IMG/VR virus record: IMGVR_UViG_3300021431_000096
Location: 1-64,000 of that record
Reading direction: 5' to 3' (one strand)
DNA: 64,000 bases
Origin: a virus
Taxonomy: Duplodnaviria > Caudoviricetes
Below, in pieces: positions 56,237 to 64,000 of the stretch. Position numbers and translations under genes: made by a program. The notes below the pieces were generated by a model, which was not told where the DNA came from, made no database searches, and was given only the letters and a program-made list of their open reading frames with translations. How positions within the stretch are numbered: position 1 is the stretch's first letter; each line of letters starts with the position of its first letter.

Positions 56237-56691
56237 TCGTCGTCATCTTCCGCAAGCTGCGGTTTGTTCGTCAGATACCATTTCAGCATCTCAAAGGCCG
56301 CGTCGCGCAGGGTCGGCTGGGTGTTGTGGGCATAGCCCTTACCCTCACCCTTGCACTCGTAGAGGATATTCCACGAAGCGTACTGGTCGCGGTAGATGTA
56401 GATGTGGCACACGTTGCCGTCGATGCAGACGTGGGCTGGCAGCAGTCTCAGCATTCTGTCTGTTGACCATGCCGGAGTGCCCGTTGGGTCTTGGCTCGTT
56501 GTTGCGCCAGGGTAGCAGAACGGTCTATACTGCTCCTCGCCGTAGATTCTCTTCGGTGTAAAGATGTCGCTTATCCACGTCATGTCGCTGGTATCGGCAC
56601 CCAGTCCGAGGTCTCGCAGTGTGCGCGACTGTTCAAGCGTCGTGCAGATGGTCTGCGGTTCTTTCTCTCTGTCAATGTCAAGTACGTTCAT
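56233..56691 (-). CDS. Hypothetical protein (CTT.EQS..L..LGL..DT.DM family)
   Basis: PAWS...L..LLP and DAAFEML.W motifs; paralogous to the N-terminus of 9112. Confidence 0.7.
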   Translation of the reverse strand: MNVLDIDREKEPQTICTTLEQSRTLRDLGLGADTSDMTWISDIFTPKRIYGEEQYRPFCYPGATTSQDPTGTPAWSTDRMLRLLPAHVCIDGNVCHIYIYRDQYASWNILYECKGEGKGYAHNTQPTLRDAAFEMLKWYLTNKPQLAEDDDE

Positions 56692-56725
56692 ATTCGTTTC
56701 GTTCTATTCGTTCAATTCGTGCTCG

Positions 56726-57211
56726 TTAAAAAGACTCGTCGTTCAAGTCCAGCGGATAGCGGTCGTCGTCGAAGTCATCGTCGTCATCCTTGACACCCTT
56801 CTGGCGATTGCGGCTGCGCTGCACCCAGTCGAGCGTGCAACCTACGTCATAGAACGCCCGCTTGGTCTTCTTCGACGGTTCCCAGGAGAGGAAGCCGCTC
56901 GTGCCGTGCAGGTTCATGTCCTCCTCGCGCTTCACCCAGCCCGCGTCCTTGATCTTCGGGTGCAGGTAGCCCAGCACGCCCATGTCGATGCTGAAGCCCA
57001 TCTGTATGCGGTCGATTATTTCACGCGCCAGCTGGTCGAATATCAGTGCCGCCATGCGCGGCTCCACCAGCAGCCGCCTGCCGATTTTCTCGGCCACTTC
57101 CTCCACGCTCTCCGTACCCGACGACTGCACGCGGAACGTCCATCCCAACTCCTTTGTCTGCGGATGGATTATCTTCACCTTGTGAACTGGTATGTAATTC
57201 CTTCTTGCCAT
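56726..57211 (-). CDS. HU-like DNA-binding protein
   Basis: EEVAEKI.......P......F..L..EI......GFSIDMGVLGYLHPKI; acidic tail; start moved to 57211. Confidence 0.7.
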   Translation of the reverse strand: MARRNYIPVHKVKIIHPQTKELGWTFRVQSSGTESVEEVAEKIGRRLLVEPRMAALIFDQLAREIIDRIQMGFSIDMGVLGYLHPKIKDAGWVKREEDMNLHGTSGFLSWEPSKKTKRAFYDVGCTLDWVQRSRNRQKGVKDDDDDFDDDRYPLDLNDESF

Positions 57212-57349
57212 ATACCTTTTCTTGTTGTTTCCTATACCTCTTGCGGTTGGTCCCAGTATCGTTCCTGTTGCGTTCCCGTACCTGCCATTGAGGTTTCCTA
57301 TACCGTTTGTGTCACATTCCCTATACCTTTTGTGTCTCACCCCTATAAG
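57211..57349 (-). repeat. About 7 x 22-bp degenerate repeats upstream of an HU-like gene
   Basis: TATACC-like cores at 57211, 57233, 57255, 57277, 57299, 57322 and 57344. Confidence 0.7.
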
Positions 57350-57541
57350 GTTCTCTGATACAGCTAAGGATTTTGCTGTCGGAACATTGCCCGTCAAGCA
57401 TCGAACCCTTGCGCGTCAAACGTCCGTCACTCGCACGTCAAGCTCCGAGACCTTGCGCGTCAAATTCAAGGGATAAATAGTGTCAGGCATCTTTTCTTTC
57501 GTCTTTCTATCTACTATCTTCATCGTTCAGTCCTCCTTGAT

Positions 57542-58096
57542 CTAAACAATATCTTTCTTCTCTGCATCCCACTCGAAGCCCATAGCCTTCAGTTTAGCAA
57601 ACAACTGTTCGCACTCGTCTTTGTAAGCCTTGCGGTAGGTTCTGCTTCCAAAACTGCCGACACCTATGCTCGGCCCAATGGAGGTGTGTCCGTCCTCGAT
57701 GTTCGTGCAAGCATGGTAGATAATGGCTGTGTTCGTGCCTCCGAACTTACCCTCCGTGTCGATACCTTTATAGATAAATATGCACTCGCCCGCCATCAGG
57801 ATGTCGCCGTCCTGAGCCGTGCCGTCGGCAGCATTCACACGCTCAATGACTGGTTCGTGAGTGTTGCCGTTGTACTTGCGCCCGTCACCGCACACGATGT
57901 TGTCGTCATCGTCATAATGCCAGCAGTCGGGGCAGTATTGCCGTCCGTCAATATCAAGCCAACCGCTCGATGTAGCCTCCGACAGCATATTGCCGCCGTC
58001 GGGATCATCCGTGTAATATGTAAATCCGTCGTCGTTGACGAAATGCTCACCGCAGCTATCGCATACGATGATAATGGTTTCTACTTTCTTCTTCAT
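57542..58096 (-). CDS. Zn-binding hypothetical protein
   Basis: CDSCG...GW..IDG..YCPDC plus a DGDIL...FIYK domain; start MKKKVET at 58096. Confidence 0.7.
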   Translation of the reverse strand: MKKKVETIIIVCDSCGEHFVNDDGFTYYTDDPDGGNMLSEATSSGWLDIDGRQYCPDCWHYDDDDNIVCGDGRKYNGNTHEPVIERVNAADGTAQDGDILMAGECIFIYKGIDTEGKFGGTNTAIIYHACTNIEDGHTSIGPSIGVGSFGSRTYRKAYKDECEQLFAKLKAMGFEWDAEKKDIV

Positions 58097-58113
58097 AATC
58101 CCAATTCCTTTTA

Positions 58114-58776
58114 TTACATTGCAAACGAGATAAAGTGGCTTGCGCCGTAGATGGCTCCGATGGCGATGATGATCATCTTCAGCCAATAAAACACCCATGC
58201 ACCGAAACCTACCCAGTCGGGATAGTCGCTGAGCACGATGCCCGTGCGCTTGATGCGGCACTTGACAAGCCAGATAGTCACCGACTGCCATACATACTGC
58301 ATGGTTGACAGCAACAGATAGAGCAATGCCGCACCGCCCAGCACATAGAACTCCGCATACTTCGAGCCGCCAATGAGCTGACCAGCCAGCAGGACTATCA
58401 TCGCCCATGCCAGCTGCTCGGCACGGTCGCCCGACGTCTTGCTGCGGTTCTGATACTCGTCGTAGGCAGCCTGCTCGGTAAGTGGCTGGTCGGCATCGTC
58501 CTCGCGCTCAAAGACAGGCTGACGTACTTCCTCCGTCGCTGGGTCAACCAGTTCGAGGTCATCCTCTAAGATCTCCCACAACTCTGTTCCGAACTTCACG
58601 TCATATACCATGCGATAGGTGTCAACATCCATCACATAGCCTGTGCGCCCTGCCAACTCTTTCGTCTGCTTGGCCCACACATGGTCGCCCTTCTTAAACT
58701 TTGGCTCTACTGCGCCCCCCGATAAAGATGCAGGTACCGCATCAGGACGCTGGTTCTTTTTGTTTTGTTCTGTCAT
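58114..58776 (-). CDS. KOW-like domain plus membrane protein
   Basis: PKFKKGDHV N-domain followed by three hydrophobic segments. Confidence 0.7.
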   Translation of the reverse strand: MTEQNKKNQRPDAVPASLSGGAVEPKFKKGDHVWAKQTKELAGRTGYVMDVDTYRMVYDVKFGTELWEILEDDLELVDPATEEVRQPVFEREDDADQPLTEQAAYDEYQNRSKTSGDRAEQLAWAMIVLLAGQLIGGSKYAEFYVLGGAALLYLLLSTMQYVWQSVTIWLVKCRIKRTGIVLSDYPDWVGFGAWVFYWLKMIIIAIGAIYGASHFISFAM

Positions 58777-58848
58777 AATCGTATTCCTTTTAATAATTCG
58801 TGTCAATTAGTGATAATTCGTGTTCAAAAGAAAGTGAAGAGTGAAGAA

Positions 58849-59295
58849 TTAGAGGTCTTTCACCTTATCATAGCAGATGCCGATGTCTATCTGGCAGCAT
58901 CGGAGTATGTGCTGGAACAGATGCAAGTAGTCGGCAAAACCCTCGAAGTATTGGAAATTGTCGGTCTGCTTGCTGTGCCCGTGACGCACGCACACCCACC
59001 AGTGGTCGAGTTGCGTGTGGTCAACGCAGATGTCAATGCGCTTCTCGCTGTCCTCGTATATCCACTCGTTAGGTGCGACGCTCGAAGTAAATCCGAGAGC
59101 CATCAGCAACTTCTCCGACATCCGCATGGGGGCAATGCCTCGCATGGTGTGCGATTCAAGTCCGTTGCCCTTGCCTTGATAGATGGTGATGTCCTGCTGC
59201 CCGAATGAATACTCGATGCCGCTTGTGCTGACTATCTCAACGGGCTTTCCCTTGCGTAGAACGATGTCGCCTACCATTAGTTCGTCTGATTTCAT
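58849..59295 (-). CDS. Hypothetical protein (ELMVGD...L..LGF...YLH.FQ..L family)
   Basis: Paralogous to 60053-60514. Confidence 0.7.
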   Translation of the reverse strand: MKSDELMVGDIVLRKGKPVEIVSTSGIEYSFGQQDITIYQGKGNGLESHTMRGIAPMRMSEKLLMALGFTSSVAPNEWIYEDSEKRIDICVDHTQLDHWWVCVRHGHSKQTDNFQYFEGFADYLHLFQHILRCCQIDIGICYDKVKDL

Positions 59296-59298
59296 ACG

Positions 59299-59775
59299 TC
59301 AGTCCTCCTTAATCTCTTTCCTGAAAGCGCTGACAATCGTATTGATGTTGGCTTTCGATGTTTCGTACTGTGCCATCACCCTTTCGAGGGCGGCGATACA
59401 CTCGCGCTTGGTGTCACGAATGGCATCCTTGCGGTAGTAGTCGAGCGCACCGCAGGGCATTTCCTCCGTGATGTCGCGCTTCTTCACCAGCCCGTTCTGG
59501 AACTCCAGCCCGTTGTCGTGCAGCGCCTTGATGTAGCCGTTCATAAACGACAGGCTGACCTCGCAGAACTCGTCGCCTACATAATTGCCTATGATGTCTC
59601 GCCAGCCGTGCATCATGCAGACGTACTTGGCATAGACGTCGGTCACTTCCCTCAGTGCCATCTTCTCGTCGATGCAGGTCATGCGGTCTTGCAACTCCCT
59701 TTCCAACTTGACCACGGCCTTCTCCCGCTTCCGCAGAGCCATCCACTGCCTGATGTAATTGATCATTCGTTTCAT
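59299..59775 (-). CDS. Hypothetical protein
   Basis: 158 aa, ends KED*. Confidence 0.7.
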   Translation of the reverse strand: MKRMINYIRQWMALRKREKAVVKLERELQDRMTCIDEKMALREVTDVYAKYVCMMHGWRDIIGNYVGDEFCEVSLSFMNGYIKALHDNGLEFQNGLVKKRDITEEMPCGALDYYRKDAIRDTKRECIAALERVMAQYETSKANINTIVSAFRKEIKED

Positions 59776-59807
59776 CGTATTCCTTTTAAGTTATTTATTC
59801 CTGCGTT

Positions 59808-60002
59808 TTAATGGCATCGCTGCACGGCGGCACTCGACTGAATACGATACTCCTCCTCGCTCTTGTAGAAGTTGCCGTCGGCACCACGATAACCATACTC
59901 TCCCGTGACATTGTTCAGCGTGTAGCCCTCCAGGAAGGCTCCGCAACGGCTGCAAGTTCTCTTTGCATCGCCGTTCTCTTCTCCGCATTGTTTACATTTC
60001 AT
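59808..60002 (-). CDS. Small Zn-ribbon protein
   Basis: MKCKQCG.EN......CSRCGA.L. Confidence 0.65.
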   Translation of the reverse strand: MKCKQCGEENGDAKRTCSRCGAFLEGYTLNNVTGEYGYRGADGNFYKSEEEYRIQSSAAVQRCH

Positions 60003-60052
60003 TGTCGTATTCCTTTTAATTATATTTTGGCTGAAAGAAAAAGAGGAGTCAT

Positions 60053-60514
60053 TTACGGTTCATCTTTTCTTATGTCATCAATATCAATATACTTGTGAAT
60101 CCCTGCCATCCTCATGGCATTCTGTAGTTCGTGAACAAAACGTATCTTAATCAGACCGCCAACCATCCACAATCCTATTCCGCTTTCGTTTGGCCATTCA
60201 ATCATTTCAAGTTGGAATGGACTCTCGCGGTCTAACGCTGCGAAGTTCTTGTGGTAATACTCGAAGCCAATCCTTTTCAATATGGCATCCGTCAGCGGAA
60301 TGGGCGCAACGACCATCTGATAATCATCGTTGCATATCTGTAAGAACACCCTGCGGATAGTCTCATAGTCCACTTTGTGATAGTGGTTGAATCTGCCTTC
60401 ACCTACGCAGATTGCAACAACCAAGTCGCCAATCATCAAGTCCTCGGCATCGACCCTGAAACCACAATCAAGCCAGTGGTTTTCCATGTTTGCTTCGTTG
60501 TATGGTTTACTCAT
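60053..60514 (-). CDS. Hypothetical protein (DLMIGD...PIPLT..IL..IGF...VHELQNA family)
   Basis: Motifs typical of Bacteroidota phage early proteins. Confidence 0.7.
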   Translation of the reverse strand: MSKPYNEANMENHWLDCGFRVDAEDLMIGDLVVAICVGEGRFNHYHKVDYETIRRVFLQICNDDYQMVVAPIPLTDAILKRIGFEYYHKNFAALDRESPFQLEMIEWPNESGIGLWMVGGLIKIRFVHELQNAMRMAGIHKYIDIDDIRKDEP

Positions 60515-60516
60515 CG

Positions 60517-61134
60517 TCAGTCCTCCGTAAATTTATCCTTGTTCCTATGATACACTACCAGCCAGCCGATGTTGTCGATGGCGCAGCACAGGCCCCAGAT
60601 GAACATAGCCACTTTTAGCGAGGGCATGAACAGCAGAGCGCAGACGTAGCCGGCGATGCAGTAGATGCCGCACACAACGTCGTTGTTGTTGTCATAGACC
60701 TCGCGTTCGTGCTCGTTCCACAGCTTCGGGCGAAATGTCATCAGACACTTGCCGATGAACTCCGACACCAGTGTGCCGTAGAGCAAGCAGGCGATGGCGA
60801 GTACCCACACGTTGTACTCCACGAAACAGAGCCACATGCCGACGCAGAAGCCCGCTGCCGACTCGATGATGCAGAGCGCCGTGAACCATTGGATAGCCTT
60901 GCGGCGCACCCAGCCTTTCCATATCATGCCGATAAACAGTCCGACCACGGAATAGACGAGCGACTGGAACGCGAGCCATTCGGCAGGCAGCTCCGTCACC
61001 CACGCCTTCGAGATAGCTGGTCCGACGTAGGCATCCAGCAGCCCGACGATGAACAGCGTAGATAGCGTCCACCGCTGGTTCTCGTCGGGGTGGATGTTCA
61101 GAAGATCGAGTAATCGCTTGAATAGTTTCTGCAT
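60517..61134 (-). CDS. Multi-pass membrane protein
   Basis: About six hydrophobic segments in 205 aa. Confidence 0.75.
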   Translation of the reverse strand: MQKLFKRLLDLLNIHPDENQRWTLSTLFIVGLLDAYVGPAISKAWVTELPAEWLAFQSLVYSVVGLFIGMIWKGWVRRKAIQWFTALCIIESAAGFCVGMWLCFVEYNVWVLAIACLLYGTLVSEFIGKCLMTFRPKLWNEHEREVYDNNNDVVCGIYCIAGYVCALLFMPSLKVAMFIWGLCCAIDNIGWLVVYHRNKDKFTED

Positions 61135-61138
61135 CGTG

Positions 61139-61495
61139 TCAGTCCTCCTTGATGTTCAGTTGCATCTTCAGCCACGCCATAAAGTCCGTCACGCTGCTTT
61201 CGACGCTGATAAGCCCGCCCTTGCAAGGCTTGTCGGCACGGCTGGCAAAGTCAATCAGGTTGTTGGCCTGTTCGTACTCCTCACGCATCTTCTTGATGAT
61301 ACGCTGCTCGATGTCAGCGTTCCACCGTGGCTGCTGCACGAAGTTGCGGTTCTTGATTTTCCTCTCGTGGTTGGCACCGCCGATAAAGCCTGACGTGAAC
61401 GCCCGCTTTTCTGCCTCAGTGTACTCCTTGTGGCTCTCGTCCATATCGGCACGAGCCGCCTTTGTCAATTCTGACAGTCTGCTAAAATCTACCAT
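61139..61495 (-). CDS. Hypothetical protein
   Basis: AAGGCGAT-ATG start; ends KED*. Confidence 0.7.
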   Translation of the reverse strand: MVDFSRLSELTKAARADMDESHKEYTEAEKRAFTSGFIGGANHERKIKNRNFVQQPRWNADIEQRIIKKMREEYEQANNLIDFASRADKPCKGGLISVESSVTDFMAWLKMQLNIKED

Positions 61496-61510
61496 ATCGC
61501 CTTATTCCTT

Positions 61511-61864
61511 TTAATAATTCGTTTTGAATCTATCCCAGTCCGACGGACACAGACCGCCCAGCATCTGATTGCGCCATTCTTCGTATGTCGGCATGGTTGA
61601 ATCTCTCTTCCACTCCATCGCCTCGCGCTTGACGAGCACCACCTGCCCTGGCTTGTAGAGCTTGGCTATCGGCAGTTCGTCGATGTGGACGTACTTCACA
61701 ATCTTCCACCCGCCTCGCTGGGCTATCTGCTCGATGGTGTCGCGGCTGTCGGTAGAACGGCAGTAGCACACTATTTCCGTTCCCGCAGGCCAGTCGGGTA
61801 GTTGGAACGCCCTCTTTACGTCTTCCTCGCTGAAGAAGCGTGAAATTTCGTCGGTGGTCATCAT
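61511..61864 (-). CDS. Hypothetical protein
   Basis: Co-directional packed ORF. Confidence 0.65.
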   Translation of the reverse strand: MMTTDEISRFFSEEDVKRAFQLPDWPAGTEIVCYCRSTDSRDTIEQIAQRGGWKIVKYVHIDELPIAKLYKPGQVVLVKREAMEWKRDSTMPTYEEWRNQMLGGLCPSDWDRFKTNY

Positions 61865-61867
61865 GAG

Positions 61868-62257
61868 TCAGTTCTCCTGCTTTTTGACTTTAGGAATTGT
61901 CTTGTTCATATCCTCTGCATAGCACCAGCGGTCGATGCAGTGCCACATGCGGCAGCTCTGCCCGTTGCTTATCCACGGCTCACTATCGTTGATGAACGTG
62001 CCAGTCATATACTCATACTGACCGTCGCCGAGGTCTTCGGCGGCAATGATGTATGAGTCTGGTTCTGGTTTCTCCAGTCGGTTGCGCCACTTGAACTTCT
62101 GCCACTTCTTGCGCTCATGTTGCAGTCCTCGCTTGAAAGCCTCGATGAAGATTTTCTTTTCGAGGTCTATCACCGCACAATTCTGTTCTTCCTCCCACTC
62201 GCGGCAAGCCTTGCCTGCAGCGTAGCCGTCATCTGTATTTTGCTTGAAGTCTATCAT
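61868..62257 (-). CDS. Hypothetical protein
   Basis: W....EKP...I.RWCY.ED motif. Confidence 0.65.
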   Translation of the reverse strand: MIDFKQNTDDGYAAGKACREWEEEQNCAVIDLEKKIFIEAFKRGLQHERKKWQKFKWRNRLEKPEPDSYIIAAEDLGDGQYEYMTGTFINDSEPWISNGQSCRMWHCIDRWCYAEDMNKTIPKVKKQEN

Positions 62258-62303
62258 ATTCCCAATTCCTTTTTAATCCATTCAATATGTGCCATATTCC
62301 TTT

Positions 62304-62567
62304 TTATTTACTCTTTGCTATTTCTGCCTCGCCGCCATAGACCACCTTCATCTTAGGCTTGCGGCGCGGCTTGTCAACGAACTTGTAGTGTACCCAGTAT
62401 TCCCTGTCCTCATACCACTCCTGGTCGATCGGCACAAGGTGGAACATCTCGCCATCAAAGTCCACACCGATGAGCATACACTCCACGTCGCAGTCGGGGT
62501 GTTTCGTGTGCCACAACATCACCTCAGAGTGACGGTAGTGGTAGTTGGCGAACTGGTTCTGGGTCAT
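62304..62567 (-). CDS. Hypothetical protein
   Basis: ATGA overlap with the upstream ORF. Confidence 0.65.
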   Translation of the reverse strand: MTQNQFANYHYRHSEVMLWHTKHPDCDVECMLIGVDFDGEMFHLVPIDQEWYEDREYWVHYKFVDKPRRKPKMKVVYGGEAEIAKSK

Positions 62568-62764
62568 ATCATCTTGTATTTCTCCATTACCTGTTTCATT
62601 TTCCGAACCATGTGGTAATAGCCCTCGTTGATCAGGTAGGTGTTAGGCTTACTGCGTAACGTACTCATAACAAGTTGCCACTGCTCGTCTATTTCCTCTG
62701 CCACATCCAGTGCTTTCGCCTGCCAGAAACGGCTTTCCGTCGATTGGTCAAATTCCTTTGGCAT
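62564..62764 (-). CDS. Hypothetical protein
   Basis: AAAAGGAATACGATA-ATG start context. Confidence 0.6.
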   Translation of the reverse strand: MPKEFDQSTESRFWQAKALDVAEEIDEQWQLVMSTLRSKPNTYLINEGYYHMVRKMKQVMEKYKMI

Positions 62765-62910
62765 TATCGTATTCCTTTTAATTATTTCCGATTGTTAATG
62801 ATGTGTTAAAAACCGTTCAAAGCTTTCGCACACCCCCTTTGAAAGCTTTCAGCCTTTCTCTCGATGCGTTTCAGCCTTGCTCGGTCTCTTTCCATTTCGC
62901 TTTCATCTGG

Positions 62911-63492
62911 TCAGTCCTCCTGCTTGTTTTCTTCCTTGTCGGGCCACCACGCCCACGCTGCACTCTCGGCGCGGCTGATCATCCAAGGTTCGATACCTTT
63001 GATAATCTCGTCGTAGTATGCCCACGCCACGGGCAACTGCTTACGCCCCTCGCTGTCGTGAAATTCGCACTCGGCTGGCAGCACATTGGGAGAGAGGAAC
63101 CGCACGGATTCAAACACGTACTGACCTTCTTTCAAGTCTTTTCTCGTAAGCGCCATCAGCACCCGTCGCTTTCCGGGGCTCTCCGTGGCAGGCTGCCATG
63201 TGAATGAGGTCGGCTTCATGTCTGGGTATTTGTTTTCGACCATCGTAAAAGGTCTCTCCAGTCCGTGCTTCTTATCCCACGCTCTCAGTCGTGGGCATGA
63301 CACGTCTGGTGTGCAGCCCAACAATACGCCACCGCCAACGTGACACTCGTAGCCTTTATTGCAGAGCGTGCCCAACTTGTTGTGCTTGCACTTCTCGCGG
63401 AACTTGATGCGCTCCTTGGGCTCCAATATCCATCTGTGCCCGTGCTGGTTTTTCTTCAGAACCTTGAACTCTATTTGTTTCTTTTCTGCCAT
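62911..63492 (-). CDS. Hypothetical protein with Cys cluster
   Basis: CKH......C....C........C.....C; ends QED*. Confidence 0.7.
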   Translation of the reverse strand: MAEKKQIEFKVLKKNQHGHRWILEPKERIKFREKCKHNKLGTLCNKGYECHVGGGVLLGCTPDVSCPRLRAWDKKHGLERPFTMVENKYPDMKPTSFTWQPATESPGKRRVLMALTRKDLKEGQYVFESVRFLSPNVLPAECEFHDSEGRKQLPVAWAYYDEIIKGIEPWMISRAESAAWAWWPDKEENKQED

Positions 63493-63504
63493 AATTCCTT
63501 TATT

Positions 63505-63675
63505 TTATTTATTCCTGCGTCGCGACTGCTTCTGCTGGCGGCGCTTGGCTTTCTTTACTTTCCTCGTTTTCGGTCCTATGCCATGACGGTAGTCGTGGTG
63601 GGGCATGATGGCATTTGCGCCAAGCATCATCATGGCCATAGCCTCCATTGTCTGCTCTCTGAGTGGTTTGTGCAT
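63505..63675 (-). CDS. 56-aa basic peptide (absent from the ORF track)
   Basis: MHKPLREQTMEAMAMMMLGANAIMPHHDYRHGIGPKTRKVKKAKRRQQKQSRRRNK; tail matches 6124-6630. Confidence 0.65.
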   Translation of the reverse strand: MHKPLREQTMEAMAMMMLGANAIMPHHDYRHGIGPKTRKVKKAKRRQQKQSRRRNK

Positions 63676-63689
63676 ACGTCAGTCCTCCT

Positions 63690-64000
63690 TCATAATGATT
63701 TCACAAACTCGTTGATGTGGTTGATCTCGTCCTCGGCGAGCTTGCAGACGAGGGCATTGAAGGTGTCCTCGCTGATAACCGCCTCTTTTACTTTGTCGCC
63801 TTCCGCGTATGGCAGTTTAACCGTGACCTTGATCTCGGCTGTCGTCGGATAACTACTCAGCAGGTCGAACACCTCCTGCAGCTTGCGGCGCTTCTTGGCC
63901 ATGCGCTCCGCTGTCTCTAATTTCTCTGGGTCCATAATCTTTGCTCTTAATTCTAATATTTCGATACTCTCTTCTATTTTCTTGCGCAGATAGTCCACCA
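63690..64000 (-). CDS. Hypothetical protein (5' truncated by the window)
   Basis: Open frame running off the end of the window. Confidence 0.6.
   Translation of the reverse strand, partial: VDYLRKKIEESIEILELRAKIMDPEKLETAERMAKKRRKLQEVFDLLSSYPTTAEIKVTVKLPYAEGDKVKEAVISEDTFNALVCKLAEDEINHINEFVKSL

Noticed and set aside
57527-57544. TAG stop-codon reassignment (TAG followed by in-frame IKED*)
   Set aside because: TAG ends genes at natural C-termini elsewhere (14938 after LPF, 21269, 33622), and long genes are intact under code 11; a point nonsense change is simpler.
57542-58408. 288-aa ORF as a single gene
   Set aside because: Its 5' part overlaps the membrane gene 58114-58776 in another frame; the plausible start is ATG 58096.

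Overview
A 64-kb segment of a tailed phage or prophage, most likely from a Bacteroidota (Prevotella-like) host. The host inference rests on TAnnTTTG -7 promoters, DUF4494/DUF3127/DUF4406-type genes and HU-like genes. Layout: (i) 1-15 kb, + strand early/accessory genes (3' end of a dnaN-like clamp, N4/N6 and C5 DNA methyltransferases, radical SAM, PAPS-reductase family, three Zn-ribbon paralogues, NUMOD4/HNH, DUF3127) joined by shared intergenic leader repeats; (ii) 15-40 kb, portal, adaptor, tail genes, a ~2460-aa fibre and a chain of fibre-like genes ending in a diversity-generating retroelement (target gene, TR, RT; 15/15 TR-VR mismatches at adenines; no avd; RT with a FADN motif and a fused C-terminal domain); (iii) 41-46 kb, a Cys-rich/membrane module of unknown function and holin-like genes; (iv) 46-54 kb, S49 protease/scaffold, major capsid with a probable -1 frameshift extension, and a tail-tube-like gene; (v) 54-64 kb, small - strand early genes. 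I recognised no terminase, tape measure, integrase or CRISPR array. Notable non-coding structure includes a GTCCC-N19-21-TAnnTTTG promoter class (10 copies), ~22-24-bp tandem arrays in front of all three HU-like genes, two related switch-like structured RNAs, a tRNA-minihelix-like hairpin, REP-like elements inserted in-frame in genes, and an AAGGAGGACTGA junction motif. All family assignments come from motif recognition by eye; no database searches were run.
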